Below, in pieces: positions 48,564-58,602 of a stretch of 64,000 nucleotides of DNA. Source of the DNA: Podarcis cretensis (taxonomy: Eukaryota); assembly GCA_951804945.1 (NCBI GenBank), contig OX638164.1, forward strand, positions 7,626,001-7,690,000. The letters are read 5' to 3'. The stretch's first letter is position 1, and every line of letters starts with the position of its first letter. The notes under the pieces were generated by a model. It was not told the DNA's origin. It saw only the letters and a program-made list of their open reading frames with translations, and made no database searches. A program made the position numbers and the translations under genes.

Positions 48564-51500
48564 TCATGGAACAGATTGGTACATCCTAGACAAAGTATCA
48601 GCAACAACGTTACTCTTTCCTGCGATGTGAGTGACTTTAAACTGAAAATCTTGAAGAGCCATACTCCACCTAAGCAATTTCTGGTTGGATGATTTCACCC
48701 TTTCCAACCAACACAGTGGAGAGTGGTCAGTTTGAACCTCAAAGGTGTTACCCCACAGATAAGGACGCAGTTTGGTCAGAGCCCAGACCAAAGCAAAACA
48801 CTCCTTCTCTATGGTTGAATAATTTTGTTCAGAAGTGATCAACTTTTTACTCAAGTAAACCACAGGACGCCAGTTTCCTTTTTCATCTTCTTGGAGCAAA
48901 ACTGCTCCTAGTCCAGTCTGACTGGCATCAGTCTGCACTATAAACGGACGTCTCTGATCTGGGGCCAGCATGACTTGGGAACTCATAAGGGCATGTTTTA
49001 ACAAATCAAAGGCCCTTTGGCACTCCTCGGTCCAATTTACTCTAACTGGCAAAGACTTCTTACAAAGGTTGGTGAGCGGAGCAGCTAAAGTTGCAAAATG
49101 GTTGACGAAGCGCCTATAATAATTCACCAACCCGATAAAAGACTGCACATCCTTCTTCACGATGGGGCGAGGCCATTCTTGAATGCACTGCACCTTGGCC
49201 TCTAAAGTCTTGATGTTTCCTGACCCCACTCTAAATCCTAAGTACACTACTTCCCCTTGGGCAAACTGGCATTTTGATATTTTAACAGTCAGGTTTGCCT
49301 CTTGCAACCGGGCCAAAACTCTCTGCACATGCTTAAGGTGTTCTGGCCACGATTCAGAAAAAATTGCTAGATCATCTAAATAAGCACAGCAAAACTCATT
49401 CAGGTCATGAATCAAGGAGTTGATTAACCGTTGGAAAGCTGCAGGAGCATTTCGTAATCCAAACGGCAGCACTTTAAACTGGTACAAGCCTACATGAGTG
49501 ACAAAAGCAGACTTTTCAGAAGCTTCTGGGGACAGCGGGATTTGCCAATACCCTTTTGTCAGATCCATGACAGTGATGAATCTCGCCCGTCCCAATTTCT
49601 CAATCAAGGTGTCAATCCTAGGTAAGGGAAACACATCAGGGACAGTAACTAGGTTAATTTTTCGATAGTCTATGCAAAAACGAATAGTTCCGTCTGGTTT
49701 TGGAACCAGTACTATGGGAGAAGCCCAAGCACTCTTACTAGGTTCTATAACTCCCAACTCCAACATTTCTTTCAATTCCGTCTCAATGTTCTGTGCATGT
49801 GCCTCACCAACTCGGTATGGACGTGAGGAAATGGGGGGAGTGTCCCCCGTGACAAAATGATGTTGAGCCAAGTGAGTCTTACCAGGCTTGGTGCTAAATG
49901 TGTTGCTATAAGGTTGCAGTGCTTCATAGAGCTCTTTAGCCTGAGTCTCACTTAAAGTCGGCAGCTGCAATACATCAGAAATACTTCCAGCCTGTTTGTA
50001 TTCAGTTAAAAGATCCACAGGTGAAGCAGGCACCTCCTCCTGGCTCCGCGAAATGGCTAGCACAGAGATCTTTTGTTCCACAAACTCTTTCAAAGAATTA
50101 ACATGATACTCGCGAGCAGTGGGGTGCAATTCCTTGCATTTTACAAGGTAACGCACAGGACTCAGCCTCGCTTCCACAACACCAGGACCTTGCCATTTCA
50201 CATCTAACTTGTGGGGGCGAGACGGTCTTAAAATCCATACCTGATCCCCCACCTCAAACTGTTTGCACACAGCTTTGGCATCATGTACTCTTTTTTGATC
50301 TAATCGGGCGTTCTCTAAATTCTCTTTGGCCAGTTGCCAAATGTCTGCCAGAGTTCCTTTTAATTGGGCAAAATACTCACTAACTGAAGGCAGTTTTATC
50401 TCTTCCTCAGAACCTTCCCACTCTTTTCGAAGCATTGAGAGAGGGGTATTCAGAAGCCTTCCAAAAATTAACTGATTGGGTGCAAACCCAAGGCTTCTTT
50501 GATGGGCATCATTATAAGCAGCCACCACCAAAGGCAAATCTTGGTCCCAACTAGTACCATGGGCCAGGGCATACTTGCGCAGCATCTGAACCAAGGTCTT
50601 TTGCACTCTTTCCACCAACCCATTTCCCTGATGCTGGTAAGCAATGGATGTATGGTGGCGAACCTCAGACAAACGCAAGACCTCCTGGGTTACTTTAGCC
50701 ATAAAATTAGTTCCCAAATCGCTCACCAAAACTTTAGGAATTCCTAGGGAACAGAAGGCAGAAATTAAAGCCTTAACCAGACTATTAGCAGAGGTATTAG
50801 TCAAACTTGTGGCATAAACATAACGAGACGCATAATCAATGATCACGCACAGATATTGCTTCCCTGAGCGAGTTTTTGGTAAGGGACCCACTAAATCAAT
50901 TCCCCACTTTTCCAAAACATTTGCTTCTAAGGGGACACTCTGTAACTCATTGGGCAGGTTATCACGGTCATTCCCCACCTTCTGGCAAATTACACAAGAA
51001 CGCACATATGCTTTAGTGGTTTGATACACATCAGGCCAGTAGAAGTAACGAGTCAGTCTCTCTAAGGTCTTTTGTAGTCCCATATGACCCGCCAAGCCGT
51101 CTTCATGGGCTAAGCTAAGAACAGTAGATCGCTTCTTTTCTGGAACCACTAGTTGTAAAACAAAATCTTTATCTTTCACCTTTTTTGGTACAAATTGTCG
51201 ATATAAAAGTCCCTTTTTATACACAAATTGGGCCCTCTTCGTTCCTCGGAGAGGAGTTCCAACCGCCTCCCGACAATCCTGCAAGGAGGGGTCAGCCCTT
51301 TGCTCAGCAGCAAACTCTCCCAGGTCTCCCAGTTCCACAGAACCATTAAGGTCCTTCTTGGCAACCTCATCCAAGACAGGTAACTCTCCCTCCCCTCCAG
51401 GTTTTCCATCCAACCCAGTCTCAAACTCCACCACATCCTTCCCTGCCGGGGAGGGGGTGGGGGGAGTTGCCACAGTTACCGGATTCACATTCAGCTGTTG

Positions 51501-53576
51501 CTGCAGATAGACTTGAAACCCAAGATCATTCCCAACCAAAACGGGGCTTTTGCAGACTTCTGGGTCATGAACAATTACCAAATGGTCCCCACTATAACCT
51601 TTGTATTTAAGGGGAACTATTGCTGTTGGCTGGAAAATTTCCTCCACTCCATAAGGGCTAATCTTTAAAGGTTTAGCCTGCATCTGGCTGGGTAAAACCA
51701 GATCTTTCGACACGCTAGTAATATCAGAACCAGTGTCCCGGTACGAGTCCACAACAGTTTTATTGATCTCGATAGGGGCAGAAAACTCCAAATTTGCCCA
51801 ATTCACATGGGGTGTTTTTACAGAGTTCTTGGTGCATACAGGACCCACGGTCACGGATGTTTCAGGTTTATTCCGAACAGGTGTTGACCCACCCTCCTCC
51901 TTCAGAGCCAAACTTTCCACTGCTCCAGGTGTTGTCGATTTCTCCTCCCAATTTTCCTCCTGCCGCTGTATCATACGGACAGCAGGGGTGGAGGTACGAA
52001 CGGGGGGGTTTTTCCCACTCAACTGGGGACAAACTGCCTTTACGTGCCCCGGTTTTTTGCAAAAGAAACACAGTCCAGAACTCGGGGGCACCTTAGCACG
52101 CTCTCCCCCAGCTGCAGCGGAGTCTTTAGCAGGTGTAGGCAATCCTTTACTGGATTCTTTGATGGGGGGGGCGGACCTTCCCGACGATGCTGTAGATTTA
52201 TACATGTTACTCTGTCCTTTATTGACAAGATGGGTGCGGTTCAGCCAAAAAGATTCAGCAAGGGCGGTGGCTTCTGCCAGCGTCCTGGGCTTTTTATCGG
52301 CAACCAAACTAACAATTTCCGGGGGCAGGGAGCGCATCAATTGTTCAATTAACAGCAGCTGCTTGATCCCTTTCAAATCCTCTACCCCCTCGGCTGCAAG
52401 CCACAGTTCAAAGTTTTGGGCCATTTTGGCAGAGAAGACTGCAATGTTGTCAGTGAGCCCTCCCCTTTCCACTTTCCGAAAAGCTTTTCGATAGTGTTCA
52501 GGATGTAAGCCATGCCGCTGCATGACTAATCTTTTAAAGCTTTCATAGTCATTCATATCATCTGGGGGGAGGTGTCCCATAAGCTCGGACAAGTCACCAC
52601 AAACTAGGGGACGTAACACCGCCATATACAGTTCTGGCGCAACCCCCATGTCCCGGCAAGTCACCTCAAAAAGATTTAGATAACTAAGGGCATCAGTGGG
52701 GGGGTGGTATTTCTGGAACACCTTCCAGTTAAGATTACTTAAAGTCAGTCCTGGAGGGGACCGTTGGTATTGGTCTCCCCCCCTCCTCGGGACAGGTTCA
52801 TACCTTGGTGTAGGGTTAGGAGGCAATTGCCCCTGGGCGTGTAGCTGTTCCGCCGCCGTTGTTGCGTATCCACGCAGGGGTCTCTGGAAGTACTCTTCCT
52901 CCTCCTCCTCTTCTGCCTCGTACCTTCGCACCGGCACACGCACCTCTCGAGCCCTCACCGGCGAGTAGACTCTGCCTGGGCTGATTGGACGCTGTCTCAC
53001 CCTCCGGCGAACGTCCGGCGCTGGCGGCTCTCGACGGCAGTCTCCTACAGTCATCTCCTGTGGCTGCTGCGACAGGTCTTGAAAGTGAGGCGCCATCCGG
53101 CTAGCTCTTGGTCCCATTAAAAGAGACTGGTTCACTCTGGGATACTTATCACGGCAGCGGAATCCACCGTTCACCGGATCTCGCATCCACTCCACATCAT
53201 GTCCTTCTGAGAAATCCATCTCTTTAGGCTCTTTAGGTTCTGCATGGACAGAATAATTCTTTCTAGAACGCGTGGAGTCCACCACGGCCTCTGCCTCCTC
53301 ACGAGGGGATAGGGTTTGGTTAATTGGCGTGCCCTTCCCCCTGTCCACAATGCAGGACTCTCGCTGGCCCCTCCGGACCGTGCTTATTTTACTGGCATCC
53401 GCCAACTCTTCCTCCGATCCTGAGCCATCCGAAAACCAGGAAGCGGATTTCACTCCAGGGCTCACAGTTCTAGGGGGGTCGGTTTCCACCGGGAGGGAGC
53501 TATCTTCTCCCAAATATCCCCATTGATCTACAGTTTGTAATGATTGCTGTTGCGAAGTTAACAAACTGTCCTCCAT
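48564..53576 (-). CDS. Gag-Pol polyprotein, 1670 aa from the first ATG: SCAN-like capsid, CCHC, protease, integrase, RT, RNase H
   Basis: SCAN-like HPEHYRKAFR..W...QLLLIEQLMRSLP...PRTLAEATALAE (52505-52245); CFFCKKPGHVKAVC (52070-52029); DTGS (~51735); HHCC plus IDLVGP/SDLGTNF/GLVER and WQGP (~51110-50180); RT with DLTKGYWQ and YLDD (49382-49371); RNase H TDAS, EKEC, TDH, ADTLSR. Confidence 0.95.
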   Translation of the reverse strand: MEDSLLTSQQQSLQTVDQWGYLGEDSSLPVETDPPRTVSPGVKSASWFSDGSGSEEELADASKISTVRRGQRESCIVDRGKGTPINQTLSPREEAEAVVDSTRSRKNYSVHAEPKEPKEMDFSEGHDVEWMRDPVNGGFRCRDKYPRVNQSLLMGPRASRMAPHFQDLSQQPQEMTVGDCRREPPAPDVRRRVRQRPISPGRVYSPVRAREVRVPVRRYEAEEEEEEEYFQRPLRGYATTAAEQLHAQGQLPPNPTPRYEPVPRRGGDQYQRSPPGLTLSNLNWKVFQKYHPPTDALSYLNLFEVTCRDMGVAPELYMAVLRPLVCGDLSELMGHLPPDDMNDYESFKRLVMQRHGLHPEHYRKAFRKVERGGLTDNIAVFSAKMAQNFELWLAAEGVEDLKGIKQLLLIEQLMRSLPPEIVSLVADKKPRTLAEATALAESFWLNRTHLVNKGQSNMYKSTASSGRSAPPIKESSKGLPTPAKDSAAAGGERAKVPPSSGLCFFCKKPGHVKAVCPQLSGKNPPVRTSTPAVRMIQRQEENWEEKSTTPGAVESLALKEEGGSTPVRNKPETSVTVGPVCTKNSVKTPHVNWANLEFSAPIEINKTVVDSYRDTGSDITSVSKDLVLPSQMQAKPLKISPYGVEEIFQPTAIVPLKYKGYSGDHLVIVHDPEVCKSPVLVGNDLGFQVYLQQQLNVNPVTVATPPTPSPAGKDVVEFETGLDGKPGGEGELPVLDEVAKKDLNGSVELGDLGEFAAEQRADPSLQDCREAVGTPLRGTKRAQFVYKKGLLYRQFVPKKVKDKDFVLQLVVPEKKRSTVLSLAHEDGLAGHMGLQKTLERLTRYFYWPDVYQTTKAYVRSCVICQKVGNDRDNLPNELQSVPLEANVLEKWGIDLVGPLPKTRSGKQYLCVIIDYASRYVYATSLTNTSANSLVKALISAFCSLGIPKVLVSDLGTNFMAKVTQEVLRLSEVRHHTSIAYQHQGNGLVERVQKTLVQMLRKYALAHGTSWDQDLPLVVAAYNDAHQRSLGFAPNQLIFGRLLNTPLSMLRKEWEGSEEEIKLPSVSEYFAQLKGTLADIWQLAKENLENARLDQKRVHDAKAVCKQFEVGDQVWILRPSRPHKLDVKWQGPGVVEARLSPVRYLVKCKELHPTAREYHVNSLKEFVEQKISVLAISRSQEEVPASPVDLLTEYKQAGSISDVLQLPTLSETQAKELYEALQPYSNTFSTKPGKTHLAQHHFVTGDTPPISSRPYRVGEAHAQNIETELKEMLELGVIEPSKSAWASPIVLVPKPDGTIRFCIDYRKINLVTVPDVFPLPRIDTLIEKLGRARFITVMDLTKGYWQIPLSPEASEKSAFVTHVGLYQFKVLPFGLRNAPAAFQRLINSLIHDLNEFCCAYLDDLAIFSESWPEHLKHVQRVLARLQEANLTVKISKCQFAQGEVVYLGFRVGSGNIKTLEAKVQCIQEWPRPIVKKDVQSFIGLVNYYRRFVNHFATLAAPLTNLCKKSLPVRVNWTEECQRAFDLLKHALMSSQVMLAPDQRRPFIVQTDASQTGLGAVLLQEDEKGNWRPVVYLSKKLITSEQNYSTIEKECFALVWALTKLRPYLWGNTFEVQTDHSPLCWLERVKSSNQKLLRWSMALQDFQFKVTHIAGKSNVVADTLSRMYQSVP

Positions 53577-53677
53577 TCTCCTAACTATCACTATCCAAAA
53601 AAAATAAACCACCTGTAACCCACAAAAGATTCGTGCCAAGTTTTAAAAGATCAAAGTGCCTTTCCGTGGGAAGTTCA

Positions 53678-53697
53678 ATCCCACCACGCTGCCAACA
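53678..53697 (-). other. Primer binding site, tRNA-Leu(AAG/TAG)-like, imperfect
   Basis: Minus strand TGTTGGCAGCGTGGTGGGAT directly after the 5' LTR, versus the expected TGGTGGCAGCGGTGGGAT. Confidence 0.75.
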
Positions 53698-54770
53698 TGT
53701 AGTAATGCTCACCCCCAACCGCTTGCCCCTCCCTTCTCCTGTCTCTGCTCTCCGGCCAGACTAGGACGCCCAGGGCAAGGTTGGCGGGTGAATTACTTTT
53801 TTCAGAACAGAACAAACACGACCCGGTAGGGCTGCCACCACTCCCTATGTCCAGGGGACACCGAACCACAACCCAGGGAGAAGGCTGTGACCCATTTAAC
53901 CTGGCTGTCCCCCTGTTCCACAAGCTGTATCCACAGACTTGCAGGCAGAAGTTCTACGGTAGAGCGTAACCAAGCGTAAGGCTAGGACTTAGCTATTCCC
54001 TCCGGAAAGGCACACAAACTGAAACAGTTTCATTCTAAAAAGGTTTATTTTAAAATAACATAAAAACATGCTAGATTAGCAGGCACTCTTTTGAACGTTA
54101 CAGACAAGAAAATAAGAACATTGCATAGTATACCTAGCTATACATACTCACAAGCTCTAACACACAATAGGATAGTTGAAACCTTTAGGACTCTGCAAGT
54201 TGAAGGCTTTTGAAGATCTCCATTTCAAAAGGCAAGACGACGGCTGATAAGATGGGACATCAGAGCCGGGCCTCTATGCGGATTGCAGAGCAATGGCAGA
54301 GAGCGCCATTTCTCAAACAATTCCCTGATCCTTTATTCACAATTCGCATTCTGCGTCGTAACTTTCAAGCCAATCATAAGACTCAAATTATTTTTGAATA
54401 CACCAATGACCGGCTTGCTGGTCAATCAATTTACTTCTTGACAGCTGGGCCAATTTGGAATCCAAACTTTAAATCAAAGGGTTTCCTCCCTTCCGTGGAA
54501 ATTAGCCAGAGACACATTCCCAAGCAATCCAAGGACAGATAGCATCACTGAGGGGGGATGTTTGCACCCTCGAACTCAGGTGTTAGATCTTTCATTAAAT
54601 CAAGGCTTCCTTGGTTCCCATAAAGCTTTCAACTAAGGAGACATCTAGTCTAGAGTTTAAAGATACACACTTCTTTCCCAGGGTCCTTGTGGCTGATGAA
54701 ACTCCCACAAGGCCTCACTCCTTTTGCTTGACCAAAGAATAATTTTCTAAATAAGACTAACTTTACTACA
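53698..54770 (-). repeat. 5' LTR (promoter copy)
   Basis: Three CCAAT boxes (~54371, 54403, 54450), TATA-like AATAAAGG at ~54330 and poly(A) signal AATAAA at 54049-54044 on the - strand, consistent with U3-R-U5. Confidence 0.95.
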
Positions 54771-55599
54771 GCTTCTTTCCCCCATTTTGAGGAATACAGA
54801 CAAACTCTACAATTTGCCATTGGTTCTGCATCCCCTGATGGAGCTTTTACTCTGCTGTGGAGTCTTGGAGGATCAGTTGTTGTTGGAAAAGTATGTGTGT
54901 GCCTGGTTGTCCCCAGAGGGCTTGCCCATTTCATTTTCTCCTGATTGCTTTGCGTCCCTGCCCCCCGACAACTAGCTTAGTCTCTGCAGCTTAATATATG
55001 GCTGAACGGCATTAGCAAGGGATCACTCAGGTGCTTTTATTTTATCAGAGTTAGAGGCCAGCGCTCTCCTCTTCCTTCCCCATGTTTTGATGGCACGGCA
55101 GCAATGCTCTGAACTGGCACCGGATAGCCAGGAGCTGCCATTTTAATTTCCCACAATGCCCTAGAGCGATAGTCCTTCAGTTGCATTGTGGGTAATTTAA
55201 ATGGTGGCTCTCAGACTCAAGACTGTTTTGAAATGGAGGCAGAGAGGCTAAGCAGATGTTGGTTTGATATGCTGCCACCAGGACCTTGTAAGCAGGGTCT
55301 GGCCTCTAATGACACCCTCAGTGTGGTGAGCAAGAATTTGGGCCTCTGCTTGTGACATACATATATGGTTTTGCCCTTCTCTGCTTTAACCTCACTGAAA
55401 GTGAGGTCACTCAGAGAGCTTCGTGGGCAGGTCTTCTACCTTAGAATCATAGAATTGTAGAGTTGGAAGGAACTCCAAGGGCCATCTATTCCAACCTCCT
55501 GCAACCTTCTGTGGTTTTGTAGGTGAACGCAAAACTACTTCAGCAAGTCATTAAACAGCGTCTTACCCTTTCCGGTCTTCTGTCATTTAGCAGCACTTC

Positions 55600-55965
55600 T
55601 AGGGATGGGGGAGAAATTAGATCCGGTTTGCATTTAAAGGCGAACCTACCTAATTCACAGTCCCCAAAACAGTACCTGAACTGAAACATGGTCATTCTTC
55701 AAAATGGGCTCGTGTTTAAATCTTGCAATTCAGTTCTCCAGCTAAGGAATGCGTACAGAATGCGTATATTGGTGAAAATACATGATATTAGGCGAAACTG
55801 CTTTGCAAACATGTGCCTATTAGGAGAAATTCGCACTAAGATGCTGGTGGATGAGACCTTTACTTTTTTTAACAAAACAAACAAAAATAAATTGGAAACG
55901 TATATGCAGATGTGGAGAACTGAAGACTGGAAAAATAAGAAACGGAGAGACGCTGAAATTGACTG
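55600..55965 (+). mobile_element. Non-autonomous hAT-like element
   Basis: tagggatgggggagaaatt terminus; similar to the 32619 and 35695 copies. Confidence 0.6.
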
Positions 55966-56447
55966 TTCTAAGGAGAGGCTGTTTGACACAACACTGAGCT
56001 TGGTAGGCTTAGGAGGTTCGTTTTTGCAGCCTTCTGCTCAGTGTGTGTGTGTGGGATTATGCTCCCAGCCCTGGTAAGGAGGACAGAGGGGAGTTTCCAC
56101 AACCGGCCTCTGCCACCTCTGCAAACCAAAGACAGGTGTTCGAAGTCTGAGCCGACGTGGTATTAAATGCTTTGGACTCCCACATACGAAGATCAGCTGT
56201 CAGGAATCCGCACAACTCACACAGGCCTGCCCAGGTCCACTGCACGATGACGCAAAGGACAGGGAGCCAAATGTATGCCATGGATGTGTGACCCAGTTTT
56301 GCCTTTCAGAGGGAACGTCTTGTCAACTTTTTGCTGGTGTGAACTCATAGTGACGCCCTTCCTCAGAATTCAGCTGCTGCTCCAGAGTCTCGAGGGGTTA
56401 TGTCTGGGAGGGCATGTGTGGCATGCATGCATCTTCTTTTTAGTGTA

Positions 56448-56811
56448 AAAGGTAAAGGTAAAGGTACCCCTGCCCATACGGGCCAGTCTTGACAGACTCT
56501 GGGGTTGTGCGCCCATCTCACTTAAGAGGCCAGGGGCCAGCGCTGTCCGGAGACACTTCCGGGTCACGTGGCCAGCGTGACATCGCTGCTCTGGCGAGCC
56601 AGAGCCGCACACGGAAACGCCGTTTACCTTCCCGCTGGTAAGCGGTCCCTATTTATCTACTTGCACCCGGAGGTGCTTTCGAACTGCTAGGTTGGCAGGC
56701 ACTGGGACTGAGCAGCGGGAGCGCACCCCGCCACAGGGATTCGAACCGCCGACCTTTCGATCGGCAAGTCCTAGGCGCTGAGGCTTTAACCCACAGTGCC
56801 ACCTGCGTCCC
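56448..56811 (-). mobile_element. Sauria SINE (subfamily B) with a 13-bp TSD
   Basis: TSD TCTTTTTAGTGTA at 56435-56447 and 56812-56824; nearly identical to 39796-40157. Confidence 0.93.
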
Positions 56812-57654
56812 TCTTTTTAGTGTACCCGCTGGCAAATACATCCATGCTGAGACTTAAGGCCATATCCGCACTCTCATACCTCTTTAAACTGTCATGGCTT
56901 TCCCCAAAGCATCCTGGGGGACTGTAGCATCCTGGGGGACAGGTGCTGAGAGTTGTGTGGAGACCCATGTTCCCCTCACAGAGCTACAATTCCCAGAGTT
57001 CCCTGCAAAGAGGGATGAATTCATTGTCATCATTTTTAATTTCTATCTTACAATACTCGAGGCGGTTTACAAGCTGAAGAAACAAAAAATGTACATCTTA
57101 TAACAATCTAATGCAATACAAAAATGTGATAATAAAACATAACTTTAAAATAGGCAACCTCCTTCAAAAAAGTATCATTCAACAATCATTAGAATAGTAT
57201 AAAATAATATCAACATATAAAAGTTAAACAGAAATCCACTCAACAGTTACAATAATGTCTAAGCTATAATCAATAAAACAACGGCAAGCCACAGTACATA
57301 AAACAATACAATACACATTGAGAAGCAGAGAGTGGGGCAAGGCAGGTGGAAGAGGCCTTGCCTGGTGGAGTCTCTCCCCTCACAGAATTGTTAAACTACT
57401 GTGGGGGATTATAGCTCTGGGATCTAAGTGTCTAGGAAGCTGCCTTATCAGCAGGCCAGATCAGTGACCCATCTAGCCCAATATTTGCTATAGTGACTAG
57501 CAGCTAATCTCTAGACTTTCAAGACAAGTTTACCTCATTCATTCAGGGACTTTCCGCATGCAAACCCAGATGCTGCACAATCCTTTTCCTGTCTCAGCCG
57601 GCTGGTGGCCCTCTCGATGCCAGCAAATTGGTGCTGTAGAGTTCACTCTCGCAA

Positions 57655-57860
57655 GTGGTAGTTACGGCCACCAACTTGGATGGCTTTAAAAGAGGACCTG
57701 GACAAATTCACGGAGGATGAATCTGTCAAGTGGCTACCAGCCCAATGGTCATGTTCGGCCTTCATGGTCAGGGGCAGTAATGTGTTCAAGCTCTTCTTGA
57801 GGATTTCCCACAGGCATTTGGTTGGCGGCTGTGAGGATGCTGGACTAGATGAGCCATTAT
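57655..57860 (+). mobile_element. CR1 LINE 3' end fragment
   Basis: ATNLDGFKRG...DKF-like C-terminus followed by 3'UTR (ggatgctggactagatg). Confidence 0.7.
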
Positions 57861-58602
57861 TCATTATTTATTATATTTCTATACCGCCCTTCATCCGAGG
57901 ATCTTGACAGGGTGGTTTACAATATGAAAACACAAAAATGCACACCATGGTAACAAACAGAAACAATAACCCCCCACAGTATTTTACTGTTCTTGTGTCA
58001 TGTTCAATTCATTTAAAACATCAACAGCTTCTGTTTTTCTACTTCTACTGGTCAACTGTTCTCCAGATGCAACTGCTGGTTTCATTTCGCTTTTTTAATA
58101 TTTAGCAGTCATTTATGCCTTCCTTTGTAAGCAATTTTTAAAAAGTGCTTCCTTAATGTTGTTTCATTAATTCCCTTCTTGAATTGGAGGGCTGGAAAGC
58201 TAATCAGTTCATGTGGAGCGGGATTGGTTTACAAATCATTAGCAGAGGATTTTGTGCCAAATACCAGAAGCTAGGAGGAGAACCCCACAGCAGAAAATTT
58301 AAGTTGATGAACATGGTCTCTTAGCCAGATTTTTAATCTAAATGGTTGAAATGTCCGTCCCCCCCGCCCCCACTAAAGCACTCTCAGTGATTTTTGTTTG
58401 CTTGCGTAGAATAATGGCTTCCAACCTGAGAGCAGCAAGGCTTCCATGCCACTGCATAATGAAGCGCCGTAATGATCAGGTGACGTGGCCATGGATAGCA
58501 ATTGGTGGAGGGGAGGAGCCAAATGGCAGTCAGTCCTAGCTGAGCCAATGGAGGGTCCCTCCCTGTCTCACCTCTTCCTCATTGACTGCCATGTGGCCAC
58601 CC

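Larger units (their letters stand above)
47309..54770 (-). mobile_element. Full-length Gmr1-like Ty3/Gypsy LTR retrotransposon (7,462 bp)
   Basis: TSD GCTTC at 47304-47308 and 54771-54775; two 1073-bp LTRs TGTAGTAA...TTACTACA; PBS; PPT; one uninterrupted gag-pol ORF. Confidence 0.97.

Noticed and set aside
51733-52494. 253-aa + strand ORF
   Set aside because: Antisense shadow of gag-pol; no recognisable domain.
53577-53639. ORF-track start of the polyprotein at 53639
   Set aside because: It is a TTG; the first ATG in frame is at 53576.
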